Origin: Flavobacteriales bacterium | Lineage (GTDB): Bacteria; Bacteroidota; Bacteroidia; UBA10329 | Assembly: GCA_044356305.1 (NCBI GenBank) | Contig: JBIKWM010000011.1 | Location: forward strand, 20,567-84,566 | DNA length: 64,000 bases | Direction of reading: 5' to 3' | Part shown: positions 48,217 to 58,337 of the stretch, piece after piece | How positions within the stretch are numbered: the first letter of the stretch is position 1 | Layout of the letters: the number at the start of each line of letters is the position of its first letter | Position numbers and translations under genes: made by a program | Notes under the pieces: model-generated | Seen by the model: only the letters and a program-made list of their open reading frames with translations | What the model was told of the DNA's origin: nothing | Database searches by the model: none

Positions 48217-49194
48217 CTACTGCGGCAGCACGATGAGCGTATCGAAGGTGGCGCCATAGCCGCCCCAGATGCCACGGGCCCCGCCCTGAATGTTGCTCTC
48301 GACCAGTATGGGGCTGCCAAAGGGGTTGGCCCCGCCTGCGGTGGCCTGGCCCACGGTCTCCCAGAATCTGTAAACCGGCAGCTCGATGGTGGTGAACTTC
48401 ACTACCACCGTGTCGCCCACCTTGAACTTGCCGCTCTCAATGTCTTCGGTATCCTCATCGGTGGTGGAGAAGAACTCCTCTTCGCGTCCAAATCCGAACT
48501 GGACCTTCTGAGCATTGAACAGGCGGTCGTTGCTCACGTTGCCGCGACCGGCCAGAAAACGGACATCCTCATTATAGCGCTTGGTGGCAAGGCGGTAACT
48601 GTTGCCTATGGTGTCGGGGTCGGTAAGGGTGGCCCAGATGTAGCCAAGCGTGTCATTCGGTGTCTCGGGCTTGAACCACAGCGAGTCGAGGCTCACAAGC
48701 TCGGGGATGCGCGTGGTGGCGGTGAACTCCGTGCCCTCAACCACTGCGCGCAGGTCGTAGCGCTTGCCCACCTGACCCGTAAGGGCGGGGTTGAACGATA
48801 GGTAGACGCACAGGTCGAGGTCGGGCGGTATGGGCGTGCCCACCGGAATGCCGAGGAACTGGTAGGCCAGACCCTGAAGCGAGTCGGGCAGGTCAGCCAG
48901 GCACAGCTGGTCAAGTCGGTACTCGGTGCCATCGACCGTCACAAACACATCGGCCCCGCGCACTATCACCTCGGCCAGGGCCGACACCTGCGTGTTGATG
49001 GGGTCGAAATAGCCGCTGCTGCGCGTGATGATCACGTAGGGGAAGGTGCCGTTCTCGACATAGCCCTCAAACACGATGTTGCGGGCGCTATCGGGCACAT
49101 CGATGGTGATCTCCTTCTCGCACGAGGTGAGCAGCAGGCCCACAAGGGCCAGTGGCGCCAGTGCGCGGTGGATGTTCAGAACTTGAAATTCCAT
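48217..49194 (-). CDS. DUF4249-like lipoprotein
   Basis: LTSC lipobox; C-terminal SNI.GG..G.W.G; overlaps the TonB receptor end. Confidence 0.8.
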   Translation of the reverse strand: MEFQVLNIHRALAPLALVGLLLTSCEKEITIDVPDSARNIVFEGYVENGTFPYVIITRSSGYFDPINTQVSALAEVIVRGADVFVTVDGTEYRLDQLCLADLPDSLQGLAYQFLGIPVGTPIPPDLDLCVYLSFNPALTGQVGKRYDLRAVVEGTEFTATTRIPELVSLDSLWFKPETPNDTLGYIWATLTDPDTIGNSYRLATKRYNEDVRFLAGRGNVSNDRLFNAQKVQFGFGREEEFFSTTDEDTEDIESGKFKVGDTVVVKFTTIELPVYRFWETVGQATAGGANPFGSPILVESNIQGGARGIWGGYGATFDTLIVLPQ

Positions 49195-51551
49195 GTTACG
49201 CTGGGTATGATGGGGAACAACGAGACCTGCTTGGCGGTGATGCTGACCTGCTGAGTGGTGCCGTCCACATCGGTGTCGAAATAGTAGAAGTACGGGTTCT
49301 GGCGGCTGTACACGTTGTAGATGCTGATGTTCCAGGTGCTCTTGAATCGCCTCTGTTTCTTGGGGTTGGGGTGTATGGTGCAGCCCAGGTCGAGGCGGTG
49401 GTAGTCGCCCATGCGGAACGAGTTGCGGTCGGAATATTCATTCACAATGGCCCCATCAATGAAATAGCGGGCCACAGGCAGGGTGATGGCATTGCCCGTG
49501 GCATAGACGAACACGGCCGAGACCGACACGCGTGGCGAGATGTTGTACATGGCCACCACGCTCAGGTCGTGCCTGCGGTCGTAGGTGGCGGGGAAGGTGT
49601 TGCCGTAGTTGAGCTCGGGAAAGGTGCGGTCGGTCCACGACAGCGTGTAACCTATCCACCCGCTCAGTTTCTTGCCGTTCTTACGTATAAAGAACTCGGC
49701 CCCGTAGCTGGTGCCGTTGCCCACGGTGAGGTTCTGGTCGGGGTTGTTGCGGATGTTGTCGCCCGGTATCACGCCCTGCTTGTACTCCACCAGATTGCTC
49801 ATTATCTTGTAGTAGCCCTCCACACTGGTCTCGAGCTTGTTGTCGAAAAAGTTGTGGAAATAGCCCAGGGCCCACTGGTGGCCCTCGGTGGGCGGTATCA
49901 GGTCGGTGCTGGGCATCCACGTGTCGGTGGGCAGGGCTATGCTGCTTATGGTGGCCAGGTGGATGTACTGGTAGTTCATGGTGTACGATGCCTTCAGGCT
50001 GTTGTGCCTGCCCAGCAGGTAGCGCACACTTAGGCGCGGTTCGAGGCGGGGGTAGGTCACCACATCCTCTCCGGCCGCATACTTCACCGTGTCCTCTATC
50101 TGCCCGAACTCGTTCTTGATGTAGCGGTCGAATGGGCCCACGTGCGAGAACATGGAGGCGCGCAGGCCCCCGTTGATGCGGAGCTTGTCGGTCACATCAA
50201 AATCGTCCTGGATGTAGATGGCGCCCTCGTGGCCATAGTAGCGGGTCACGGCCCCCAGGTCCAGTTGGGTGCCGCCCGTGCGAGCCTCGGCATTGCTGGG
50301 CGTGAAGATGTGATAGACGTAGTTGGCCCCGAACTTTATGTTGTGGCGCGGGTCGGGCAGCCAGTTGAAGTCGGTCTTGACATTGAAGTCGCGTATGCCG
50401 GAATAGAGCTTGAGGTCGAACTCTGCCTGACCGCCCTCGAAGCTGAAGTCGTAGTCGCTGAAGATGAACGAGGTGTTGACAAACATCTTGGGCCCGATGA
50501 TGTGGTTCCAGCGCAGCGTGGCCGTGGCATTGCCCCACGGTATGTTGAGGCTGAAACCCGACTCCTTGTTGGCAAAACCGAACACATCGCGCCCGAAGTA
50601 GCCGCTCAAAAAGAGGCGGTTCTTGTCGTTGATGGTCCAGTTCACCTTGGCGTTGAGGTCGTAAAAACCGTACTTGGTGCCCTGAAAGTTCGACTCTTCG
50701 GGGATGAAATAGGGCACCAGCAGCCCCGCGTACGCGCCCCGGCCCGAGAGCAGGAACGAGGCCTTGTCCTTTTTGATGGGGCCCTGCACCGTGAGGCGCG
50801 AACTCACCACACCGATACCCCCTTCCACCTCATACTGCTTGTCGTTGCCGTCCTTCATGGTAATGTCGACCACCGAGGCCAGACGCCCACCGTACTGGGC
50901 CGGTATGCCGCCCTTGGTGAGTTCCACACCTTTTATGGCATCGGCATTGAAAACAGAGAGGAAACCGAACAGGTGCGAGGCGTTGTACACCACAGCCTCA
51001 TCAAGCAGTATCAGGTTCTGGTCGGGCCCGCCCCCGCGCACATAGAGGCCGGTGTTGCCCTCGCCCCCGCTCTGCACACCGGGCATCAGGGTCAGGGTCT
51101 TGATAATGTCCACCTCACCGGCCAGCACGGGCAGTTCCTTTATCTGCGAGATGGGAATCTCCACCACGCTCATGCGGTTGTCGCTCACATTCTTGTCCTT
51201 CTTCTCGCCCGTCACCACCACCTCCTCGGTGGTGATGGTGGCAGCGGACAGAGGCACATCGATGCGCTGGTCGCTGTTCAGCTCCACCTTCTTCTCAAAG
51301 GTCTCGTAGCCGAGGTACGACACCTTGAGCGTGTACGACCCCTTGGGTACGGTGAGCGAGTAGAACCCGTACACGTTGGTGGTGGTGCCCTTTTTCAGTT
51401 CATCAATGAACACGTTGGTGCCCACCATGGTCTCGCCATTGCGGGCATCCTTCACGGTGCCGCTTATGGTGAACTTGTCCTGGGCCAGCGCGGCCATGGG
51501 CAACAGCAGGGCCAGCAGGGCCGGACACAGGTACTTATGTAACAGATACAT
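49176..51551 (-). CDS. TonB-dependent receptor
   Basis: N-terminal carboxypeptidase-regulatory-like domain; VRGGGPDQNL; YGGRL.SV.DI; ends WNFKF. Confidence 0.92.
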   Translation of the reverse strand: MYLLHKYLCPALLALLLPMAALAQDKFTISGTVKDARNGETMVGTNVFIDELKKGTTTNVYGFYSLTVPKGSYTLKVSYLGYETFEKKVELNSDQRIDVPLSAATITTEEVVVTGEKKDKNVSDNRMSVVEIPISQIKELPVLAGEVDIIKTLTLMPGVQSGGEGNTGLYVRGGGPDQNLILLDEAVVYNASHLFGFLSVFNADAIKGVELTKGGIPAQYGGRLASVVDITMKDGNDKQYEVEGGIGVVSSRLTVQGPIKKDKASFLLSGRGAYAGLLVPYFIPEESNFQGTKYGFYDLNAKVNWTINDKNRLFLSGYFGRDVFGFANKESGFSLNIPWGNATATLRWNHIIGPKMFVNTSFIFSDYDFSFEGGQAEFDLKLYSGIRDFNVKTDFNWLPDPRHNIKFGANYVYHIFTPSNAEARTGGTQLDLGAVTRYYGHEGAIYIQDDFDVTDKLRINGGLRASMFSHVGPFDRYIKNEFGQIEDTVKYAAGEDVVTYPRLEPRLSVRYLLGRHNSLKASYTMNYQYIHLATISSIALPTDTWMPSTDLIPPTEGHQWALGYFHNFFDNKLETSVEGYYKIMSNLVEYKQGVIPGDNIRNNPDQNLTVGNGTSYGAEFFIRKNGKKLSGWIGYTLSWTDRTFPELNYGNTFPATYDRRHDLSVVAMYNISPRVSVSAVFVYATGNAITLPVARYFIDGAIVNEYSDRNSFRMGDYHRLDLGCTIHPNPKKQRRFKSTWNISIYNVYSRQNPYFYYFDTDVDGTTQQVSITAKQVSLFPIIPSVTWNFKF

Positions 51552-51708
51552 TCGGGGCAATGGGAGGTATGACCGGTAAGAAGGGCGGCAAAAGTACCAC
51601 GGCCCGCATGGGGCCACGGAAAAAGGACGGTGAAATAACAGAGACATCACGCCATGGTTCGGTGGTGCCATGCGATGACCAGTGGGAATATGAAAGCGAT
51701 GAGCCTGG

Positions 51709-54060
51709 CTACTTTGACAAAGGCGAACTGAACGGCACGCGCAGGGTAAGCACCACGTTGCGGCCCTGCTCCACCACATTGATCAGGCGGTAGCGGCTCA
51801 GGTGGTTCAGGTAGGGCGTGTCCAACAGGTTCTGAGCTGACAGGGTGATATCAATGGCCTGCCTGCCAAATCTGACACGTGTGCCGATTCCTGCCTCAAG
51901 CAGGTCATAACCCGGGGTGGGTCGTTCATTGCGGTCCACACGGTCCTGCGCCCAGACATGCCGATGGCGCACATATATGCTGGCATTATCCAGTTTCCAC
52001 ACATCGGGCAGCTTCCACCCGAGTTCGGTCATGAGCGCGGGTGGCGGTGTGAACGGCAGCCCGGTGCCGGTGCTCAGGTTGAGGTTCCACACCATGTCAA
52101 ACACCTGCTTTGCATAGGCCCCGCGCCAGATGTCCCATTGCCATTCGGCCTCGGCACCTGTGAAAATGGCATTGTCCTGCCTGTAGGCGTAGATCTGACC
52201 GGCCTCTGGTAATGTGGAGAACCGGCCACTCGGACCGAGATAGATGTAGTCCTGAAAGAAGTTGAAGAACCCTGTCACGGTGGCGGTCAGGCGGTGCAGG
52301 TGAACGTGGTTCGACACATCAATCTGATAGCCGTGCTCTGACCTCAGCGACTGATTGCCCATCTCGTGCCTGAAGGTGCCATGGTGCACTCCGTTGCTCA
52401 CCGTCTCGCTCGGGTGCGGCACCCGAAAGCTCTTTCCTGCATGGGCCTTCAGCTCCCATCGGCCGGGAATGAGCCCGTGGCTCAGGCCAATGGACCCTGA
52501 GATGTTGAAAAAGTGGCCCTCGGTGGCGGGCGATACTAGGCTGTCGCGCACGGTACCATCGCTGGCATAGACATACTGCCTGCGGTACGGTGTGCTGTTG
52601 TATCCGTGGTCGAGACGCAGACCGCCTGTCACTGTGGTGCGTGCATCGCGGTGCCAGTGCATGATGGCATAGGCCCCGGCACGGGTGGTGAAGTAGTCGG
52701 GCAGCAGGTGCTCAAAACCGCTGCGTATGTTCTGCTGCACCTGCCCATCTATTCCGTAGGTGCCCCTCAGTTTCTTGTTCACCCGGTGTTCGAAATGCGC
52801 GCTGAGCGTACCGGTGTGCAGCAGCAGCCCAAGGGCGAGCGTATCGGTCAGGTCGCGCACCGCCTGGCTGTGATACTCCGGAAAACTCAGCTCCTTGCGG
52901 TCGTTGCGCTGGTAGCCGAGGTGAATGTGCAGGTCGCCTCTGTCGCCATAATACTCCTGCGTGAACACGGCCTTGAGGTGGCGCACCTTCTGTGCGGGCT
53001 TGTCCACATCGCGTGTGTCGCCATCGGGTCCGAGTGCATAACTGCGCGGAATTCCCACGGCCCCGCTGAACAGGCCGGCATCGAGGGCGTAGTGGCTCAC
53101 ATAGAGGCGCAACAGCATCTTCTCGCGCAGCACCCCTACCGAAATGCTGCCGCTGTGCTCCTTGCCTGCGGTGTTCTTCAACTGCCTGTCGGTTATGGGC
53201 AGCCTGAAACCCTGATATGTGAATGAGTCGGCCGGAACAGCATAATCGGCAAACTCCTGACGGGAGTAATGCGCCCTGCCGAATATGTTCTTTGAATTGA
53301 TGCCTACTGTGGCCGAGCCGCCCGCATGGAGATTGTTGCTGCGGAAAGTGCCCAGCACCTGCCCCTCCACACTGTTCAGCGCGGGCGCCTTTCGGGGTTG
53401 GATGTTTATCACCCCGCCCAGCCCGTCACTGCCGTATTGCAGCGATGCAGGGCCTTTCAGTATCTCAATGTCGCCCACATCATACGGGTCAACCTCCAGC
53501 CCGTGGTCAAGTCCCCATTGCTGTCCCTCCTGCTTTATATTGTCCGTGGTCACAATGATCCGGTTACCGCTCAGCCCCCTGATCACCGGCTTGGCTATTC
53601 CCACACCGACATTGATCATGTTGAGACCGCTCACATCATCGAGCGCGCGGGCCAGGGTTCCCGTTACGGCCATCTCCATCTGTGCCACCTCCATGTGATG
53701 GCTGTTGAGGCTGGCCTCGCCACTGCTGTGATGCTCTTCCACCACCACTTCATCGAGCCCGTGTGCATGCAGGTGCAGGTCAATGCTCAGGCGCACAGGA
53801 CGGCCCCTGTAGGCCACTTTCATTTCCATCGGCTCGTGGCCTATGTACGTCACACGCAGCACCTTCTCGCCCTGATCACTTACACCCAAGGCGAATGTCC
53901 CTAAAGAATCTGTCACGGAATGAAGAGAGTCGGGCAGCAGCAGCACATGCGCACCGGGCAGGGGGTCGTGCCGCTCATCGGTCACCGTGCCGCTTACCTG
54001 TGCCCATGTAAGGCAAGGGAACAGCAGGAGCAAGGGTAGCAGAGCGCGCGGTTGATGCAT
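51709..54060 (-). CDS. TonB-dependent receptor, probable zinc/metal uptake
   Basis: KPVIRGL, QWG.DHG, KGPASLQYGS plug motifs; His-rich segments HHGTFRHE and HLHAHG. Confidence 0.88.
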   Translation of the reverse strand: MHQPRALLPLLLLFPCLTWAQVSGTVTDERHDPLPGAHVLLLPDSLHSVTDSLGTFALGVSDQGEKVLRVTYIGHEPMEMKVAYRGRPVRLSIDLHLHAHGLDEVVVEEHHSSGEASLNSHHMEVAQMEMAVTGTLARALDDVSGLNMINVGVGIAKPVIRGLSGNRIIVTTDNIKQEGQQWGLDHGLEVDPYDVGDIEILKGPASLQYGSDGLGGVINIQPRKAPALNSVEGQVLGTFRSNNLHAGGSATVGINSKNIFGRAHYSRQEFADYAVPADSFTYQGFRLPITDRQLKNTAGKEHSGSISVGVLREKMLLRLYVSHYALDAGLFSGAVGIPRSYALGPDGDTRDVDKPAQKVRHLKAVFTQEYYGDRGDLHIHLGYQRNDRKELSFPEYHSQAVRDLTDTLALGLLLHTGTLSAHFEHRVNKKLRGTYGIDGQVQQNIRSGFEHLLPDYFTTRAGAYAIMHWHRDARTTVTGGLRLDHGYNSTPYRRQYVYASDGTVRDSLVSPATEGHFFNISGSIGLSHGLIPGRWELKAHAGKSFRVPHPSETVSNGVHHGTFRHEMGNQSLRSEHGYQIDVSNHVHLHRLTATVTGFFNFFQDYIYLGPSGRFSTLPEAGQIYAYRQDNAIFTGAEAEWQWDIWRGAYAKQVFDMVWNLNLSTGTGLPFTPPPALMTELGWKLPDVWKLDNASIYVRHRHVWAQDRVDRNERPTPGYDLLEAGIGTRVRFGRQAIDITLSAQNLLDTPYLNHLSRYRLINVVEQGRNVVLTLRVPFSSPLSK

Positions 54061-54087
54061 GGCAGGGAGGTGCGCGAAAATAATTTC

Positions 54088-54140
54088 ATGCAACAGCGTT
54101 GCATAAATAATTCTCATCTAAATTTGCAACACTGTTGCAT
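54088..54140. promoter_or_regulatory. Two TGCAAC-N3-GTTGCA operators (putative Zur/Fur-family boxes) over divergent promoters
   Basis: ATGCAACAGCGTTGCAT at 54088-54104 and TTGCAACACTGTTGCAT at 54124-54140, next to TAAATTTG (+) and TATTTTCG (-) elements. Confidence 0.75.
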
Positions 54141-54154
54141 TAATTCAGGTCCAA

Positions 54155-54610
54155 ATGAAAAAAGAACTTCTTTTCTTACCTGTGGCACTCGGAATCCTGG
54201 TTGCTTGTGGCGATGAGGACACCGAGGCACCCACCATGATGGTGGAGTCTATTTACCCCACTCCCATGGCAGACTCCATCTGCGGAAGTCTAGAGGATCA
54301 TGTGGTGACATTGAACGGTGGCGACACCATTCGTGTGGAACTGCATCTGACCGACAACAAGGAACTCGGGCAGCTGAAGGTGGACATCCACAACAACTTC
54401 GACTGCCACGGCCACGATGGCAAGACAGCCACAACCGACTGGGAGGTGCTTGATGTGACCGAACTGACGGGCACCACCCAGCATGTGACCCTCGAGTACG
54501 TGGCCCCTGCGGACATAACCGCAGGTGCCTACCACTTCGATGTTGAGCTGATAGATGCAGCAGGGAATGAGGCCGCTGAGCAGGAGATATTCGACCTGAA
54601 GGCCGAGTGA
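54155..54610 (+). CDS. DUF4625-like lipoprotein
   Basis: LVAC lipobox, IHNNFDCHGH, G.YHF...D.AGN. Confidence 0.8.
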   Translation: MKKELLFLPVALGILVACGDEDTEAPTMMVESIYPTPMADSICGSLEDHVVTLNGGDTIRVELHLTDNKELGQLKVDIHNNFDCHGHDGKTATTDWEVLDVTELTGTTQHVTLEYVAPADITAGAYHFDVELIDAAGNEAAEQEIFDLKAE

Positions 54611-54695
54611 CTCTTCGCATCATCGGCTCTTTGACCCAAAGCTCCTCTTTTGCGAGCCTTTCATCATTTGCCATTAATACTGATTTTTGCTGCCT

Positions 54696-55106
54696 GTGAG
54701 CGGCACAAGAGACATACTCATGCATCATGGCCTACGCATCACTCCGGTGCGTGACCAGGTGCTGGGTGTGTTCCTTTCGCGGCCCGAGGCCATCGGGCAG
54801 CAGCAGGTTGAAGATGTCCTTGGGCAGGTGGACCGCATCACCCTTTACCGTACACTTCGGAGTTTCGAGGAGGCAGGAATCATCCATCGGGTACCGGCCG
54901 ATGGGCCATCGCCACGCTGGGCCATGTGCCATGACCGTTGCTCAGATCACGGGCACAACGACCATCATGCACACTTTCACTGCACCCGTTGCGACCGCAC
55001 ACTCTGCCTCGATTCCATTGAGGTGCCCGTGGTAGCGGCCCCTAAAGGCTTTGTTCTGAATGATGCGAAACTTGTGCTCTCCGGCACCTGCGATGCGTGT
55101 GTCTGA
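54696..55106 (+). CDS. Fur-family regulator (Zur-like)
   Basis: LR.T..R, DRITLYRTL, HAHFHC..C, G.C..C; start could instead be ATG 54720. Confidence 0.9.
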   Translation: MSGTRDILMHHGLRITPVRDQVLGVFLSRPEAIGQQQVEDVLGQVDRITLYRTLRSFEEAGIIHRVPADGPSPRWAMCHDRCSDHGHNDHHAHFHCTRCDRTLCLDSIEVPVVAAPKGFVLNDAKLVLSGTCDACV

Positions 55107-55189
55107 GGAAACCGACCAGACGGGCCTTAGACTTAGGGTTGCACCACCCTTTCCGAAACGTGCCCGAAACGAAGACCGAGAAGGATATC

Positions 55190-56605
55190 CTACTTCCCCC
55201 TTCCCTGCACAACCGTCAGCACAGTATATATCAGGATCTTAAGGTCAACGAGCAGGCTCATGTTCTCAATGTAGAGCAGGTCGTAGCGCATCCTGCGTAT
55301 CATCTGCGGCACGTTCTCGGCATAGCCGTACTTCACCATGCCCCACGATGTGATGCCGGGTTTCACCTTTAACAGATGGCGGTAATGTGGGGCCTCCAAC
55401 ACTATCTGGTCAATGAAGAACTGACGCTCGGGCCTTGGGCCCACCAGACTCATGTCGCCCTTCAGCACATTATAGAACTGCGGTATCTCATCGAGCCGCA
55501 CCTTGCGCATGAACCGCCCGAACGGTGTGATGCGCGGGTCGTTATCTGACGACAGTTGCGGCCCGGCATGTTCGGCATCGGTGAACATGCTGCGGAACTT
55601 GATCATACGGAACGGCCTGCCGCCCTTGCCCACACGCTCCTGCATGTAAAACGCGGGGCCGGGACTGCTGAGGCGTACCAGAGCAATGCACATCAGGTAC
55701 GCGGGCGACAGCAGCAGCATGGCCACAAGCGACATGACAATATCAAACCCTCGCTTGACAACGACCTGCCAGGCAGGCATCAGATCGCGCGTTATCTGTA
55801 TGAGCGGGGTTCCGTAAATGGCATCCATGCGCACCGATCCGCTTATGATATCATACATGTCGGGGCTCACCTTGACGATCACATCCACATCATCGAGCGA
55901 GTTCAGTATCTTCTCCAACTCGCTGTGTTCGCTGCTCTCAAGGGCGATGATCACTTCCTCAATGCCATGCTGACGCACATGGTCGGCCAATCCATCAACC
56001 CGCCCCAACGATGGCAGATGCGGCCGAAGCAGGTGCCCTTGTCCTCCGTTAACATGAAAATAGCCCTCGAAACGGTTGCCCGACCTGCGCTGTTCCGAAG
56101 TGAGTTCGGTGAACAGCTCAAGCGCATGGGCATCGCTGCCCACCATCACCGTTGGGAAACCCAGTGCCCCCGACTGGATGCGTGCTGCAACCATGCTGCT
56201 AAGTGCGAAACGGAACAGAAAGGTCAGTCCGAAATGCAACGAGAACAGGACCGCGTACGACTGGTAATATGTAGTGTGATCGAGCACCTCATCGTCAAGG
56301 ATCAAGGCGAAGAATATCACCGTGACCCCCAGTAAGGAGGCGATGAGGGTCTGCCCAAGTTCACGCAGACGGCTCTTTCGCAACACATCGCGGTAGGCCC
56401 CGGAGAGGAAATAGAGCCCGAGCCAGCACAATGGGATGAACGCCAGACCGAGTACGAATTCAGTGTTTATATCTACGCCCACCGAAATGCCGAACTTCTC
56501 AGTCTCGATATAGAGTTTTCGGTAAGCGAAAAAAGCACTCCACGCCAAAAGGGCCGATAGCCAGTCGGCCGCCAACTGCCTAAGCATATGCCTCTTGCGC
56601 TCCAT
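55190..56605 (-). CDS. Undecaprenyl-phosphate sugar phosphotransferase (WcaJ-like)
   Basis: KRGFD, KFRSM, DPRIT, RLDEIPQ, MSLVGPRPE, KPGIT. Confidence 0.93.
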   Translation of the reverse strand: MERKRHMLRQLAADWLSALLAWSAFFAYRKLYIETEKFGISVGVDINTEFVLGLAFIPLCWLGLYFLSGAYRDVLRKSRLRELGQTLIASLLGVTVIFFALILDDEVLDHTTYYQSYAVLFSLHFGLTFLFRFALSSMVAARIQSGALGFPTVMVGSDAHALELFTELTSEQRRSGNRFEGYFHVNGGQGHLLRPHLPSLGRVDGLADHVRQHGIEEVIIALESSEHSELEKILNSLDDVDVIVKVSPDMYDIISGSVRMDAIYGTPLIQITRDLMPAWQVVVKRGFDIVMSLVAMLLLSPAYLMCIALVRLSSPGPAFYMQERVGKGGRPFRMIKFRSMFTDAEHAGPQLSSDNDPRITPFGRFMRKVRLDEIPQFYNVLKGDMSLVGPRPERQFFIDQIVLEAPHYRHLLKVKPGITSWGMVKYGYAENVPQMIRRMRYDLLYIENMSLLVDLKILIYTVLTVVQGRGK

Positions 56606-56607
56606 GA

Positions 56608-57600
56608 TCAGAATGCAAGGATGATATTGTCAATCAACGCCTCTTGCACCTCTGTCTGGTCGCCATTGGCCGAGATTCTGAAAAGCAGACTCTGTCCAAT
56701 GCTATTGCTATAATAACTCACATTCTCAGTCAGATTGACCACCACGTGCTTCCATTCGGAGGTGGGATATAAGGTGACTATGGGAATGTCATCGACCCCG
56801 CCACCGCTCTGGTAAACAAAAATGCCAGCGCTCAGAGCCGCGTTGCACCGGTAATCGAACTCCAACAGCACTGTTCTGCCACTTTTGGGCAGGTCATACA
56901 CATTCTGACTCTCGCACTCGCCATAACCCACTTCGCCTGTGTTGATGTACATGCGCATCACTTCGTTGGTAGGATATAGGACCGTGTCATTCACACGTTG
57001 AAAATCATGGAGACTGTACGTGGTCGATTTTATGGAACTGCCCACGCCATTAAAATCCTCATTCACCGCCAGCGTGACCCCATCGCGATAAGACGTGAGA
57101 GCATGGAAGTATGTGATGCTATCTGGCGCCAGCTTGGAAGTGGTCAGATAATCGTTCAGAAACGGATGGGGCGTGCGCTGCGATTCGAGTCCGTTGAGCT
57201 TGATGCCCGGCCTGATGCGGACGGTATGCTCGCCATCGGCCATGGCAGGTACTTCAAAGGGCAGTTCAAACGCCCCTACAACCTGCTCATCGATGTACAG
57301 CCAACCATCCGATATAGCCGATACTGGCACGCTGTAACTGAAGGTGGTCCTGAACTGGGTAGGTTGTCCGGTTGAGTAAACCGTGTCAATGTCAATTATG
57401 CTGTCGACAATGGCCCCGGCAGGTATCCCGGTACCCTGTATCTGCTGACCTGGGTAAACATTGATACTCGTCCCGACCTGAACACCGGCATAGCCAAACG
57501 TGTTCACATTGGCGTAGGCAGGAATGGGCTCTTCCTCACAACCGCCCATCGACACCATCGCCACCGCCCCCATCATGTGGGCAATGATCCAGTTCCTCAT
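56608..57600 (-). CDS. Hypothetical lipoprotein
   Basis: Lipobox-like MGGC after a hydrophobic segment; long clean ORF; start uncertain. Confidence 0.7.
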   Translation of the reverse strand: MRNWIIAHMMGAVAMVSMGGCEEEPIPAYANVNTFGYAGVQVGTSINVYPGQQIQGTGIPAGAIVDSIIDIDTVYSTGQPTQFRTTFSYSVPVSAISDGWLYIDEQVVGAFELPFEVPAMADGEHTVRIRPGIKLNGLESQRTPHPFLNDYLTTSKLAPDSITYFHALTSYRDGVTLAVNEDFNGVGSSIKSTTYSLHDFQRVNDTVLYPTNEVMRMYINTGEVGYGECESQNVYDLPKSGRTVLLEFDYRCNAALSAGIFVYQSGGGVDDIPIVTLYPTSEWKHVVVNLTENVSYYSNSIGQSLLFRISANGDQTEVQEALIDNIILAF

Positions 57601-57768
57601 GTACATAGTGCGGAAAAAGACGCGATGGCAGGCTGTCTGGTGCCGCGAATGTAGACCTTTCAGCGGCACGCGCGTTGACCCGATGATAAAAGGTTCTAAT
57701 CTCAGGCACGGTATGTGCCCTGTACCTTCGCAACGCTTAACCCAAAATCAACAGAACCTGACTTTGCA

Positions 57769-58332
57769 ATGAAGACATTGATCACCCTACTGGCCCTTGC
57801 AGCCACCCTGACAGAGGCCACCGCACAGACCACTATTAACGGTGTCACCCTTCCGGCCAACATGAAGGCAGGCGACAAGACCTTGGTGCTGAACGGGGGC
57901 GGGATACGGAAAAAGGCTTTCTTCAAGCTGTACACGGGTGGCTTTTACATCGAGTCAAGGACCAAAGACCCAAAAGCGATCATAGCGGCCGACAAGGCCA
58001 TGGCCATGCGGCTCCAGATCACATCGGGCATGATCAGCAGCGACAACATGAGCGAGGCCATACGCGAAGGGTTTGAAAAGAGCACCAAAGGCAACTCGGC
58101 CCCACTCAAAGCCAAGATTGACAAGTTTGTGAGCACATTCGCCAAAGAAGAGATAAAAGAAGGCAACGTGTTCGATATCATATACATACCCGGCAAAGGC
58201 GTAGAAGCCCACAAGAACGGAAAGTTGCAGAACACCATTGATGGCCTCGATTTTAAAAAAGCCCTCTTCGGCATCTGGTTCGGAGACGACCCGGCTGATA
58301 GCGACTTGAAAGCAGGGCTGCTCGGCAGCTGA
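57769..58332 (+). CDS. Chalcone isomerase-like family protein
   Basis: L.LNGGGIR.K, F..ALFGIW.G..P....LK..LLG; signal peptide. Confidence 0.88.
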   Translation: MKTLITLLALAATLTEATAQTTINGVTLPANMKAGDKTLVLNGGGIRKKAFFKLYTGGFYIESRTKDPKAIIAADKAMAMRLQITSGMISSDNMSEAIREGFEKSTKGNSAPLKAKIDKFVSTFAKEEIKEGNVFDIIYIPGKGVEAHKNGKLQNTIDGLDFKKALFGIWFGDDPADSDLKAGLLGS

Positions 58333-58337
58333 GACTA

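Noticed and set aside
42189-51542. Long antisense or alternative-frame ORFs such as 42189-43517, 44159-45241, 46549-47640 and 50142-51542
   Set aside because: They are shadows of well-supported genes in GC-rich DNA and have no recognisable motifs.
54088-54140. Operators as further REP copies
   Set aside because: The half-site order is reversed (GCAAC..GTTGC), they lack AGACG arms, and their position fits regulator boxes.
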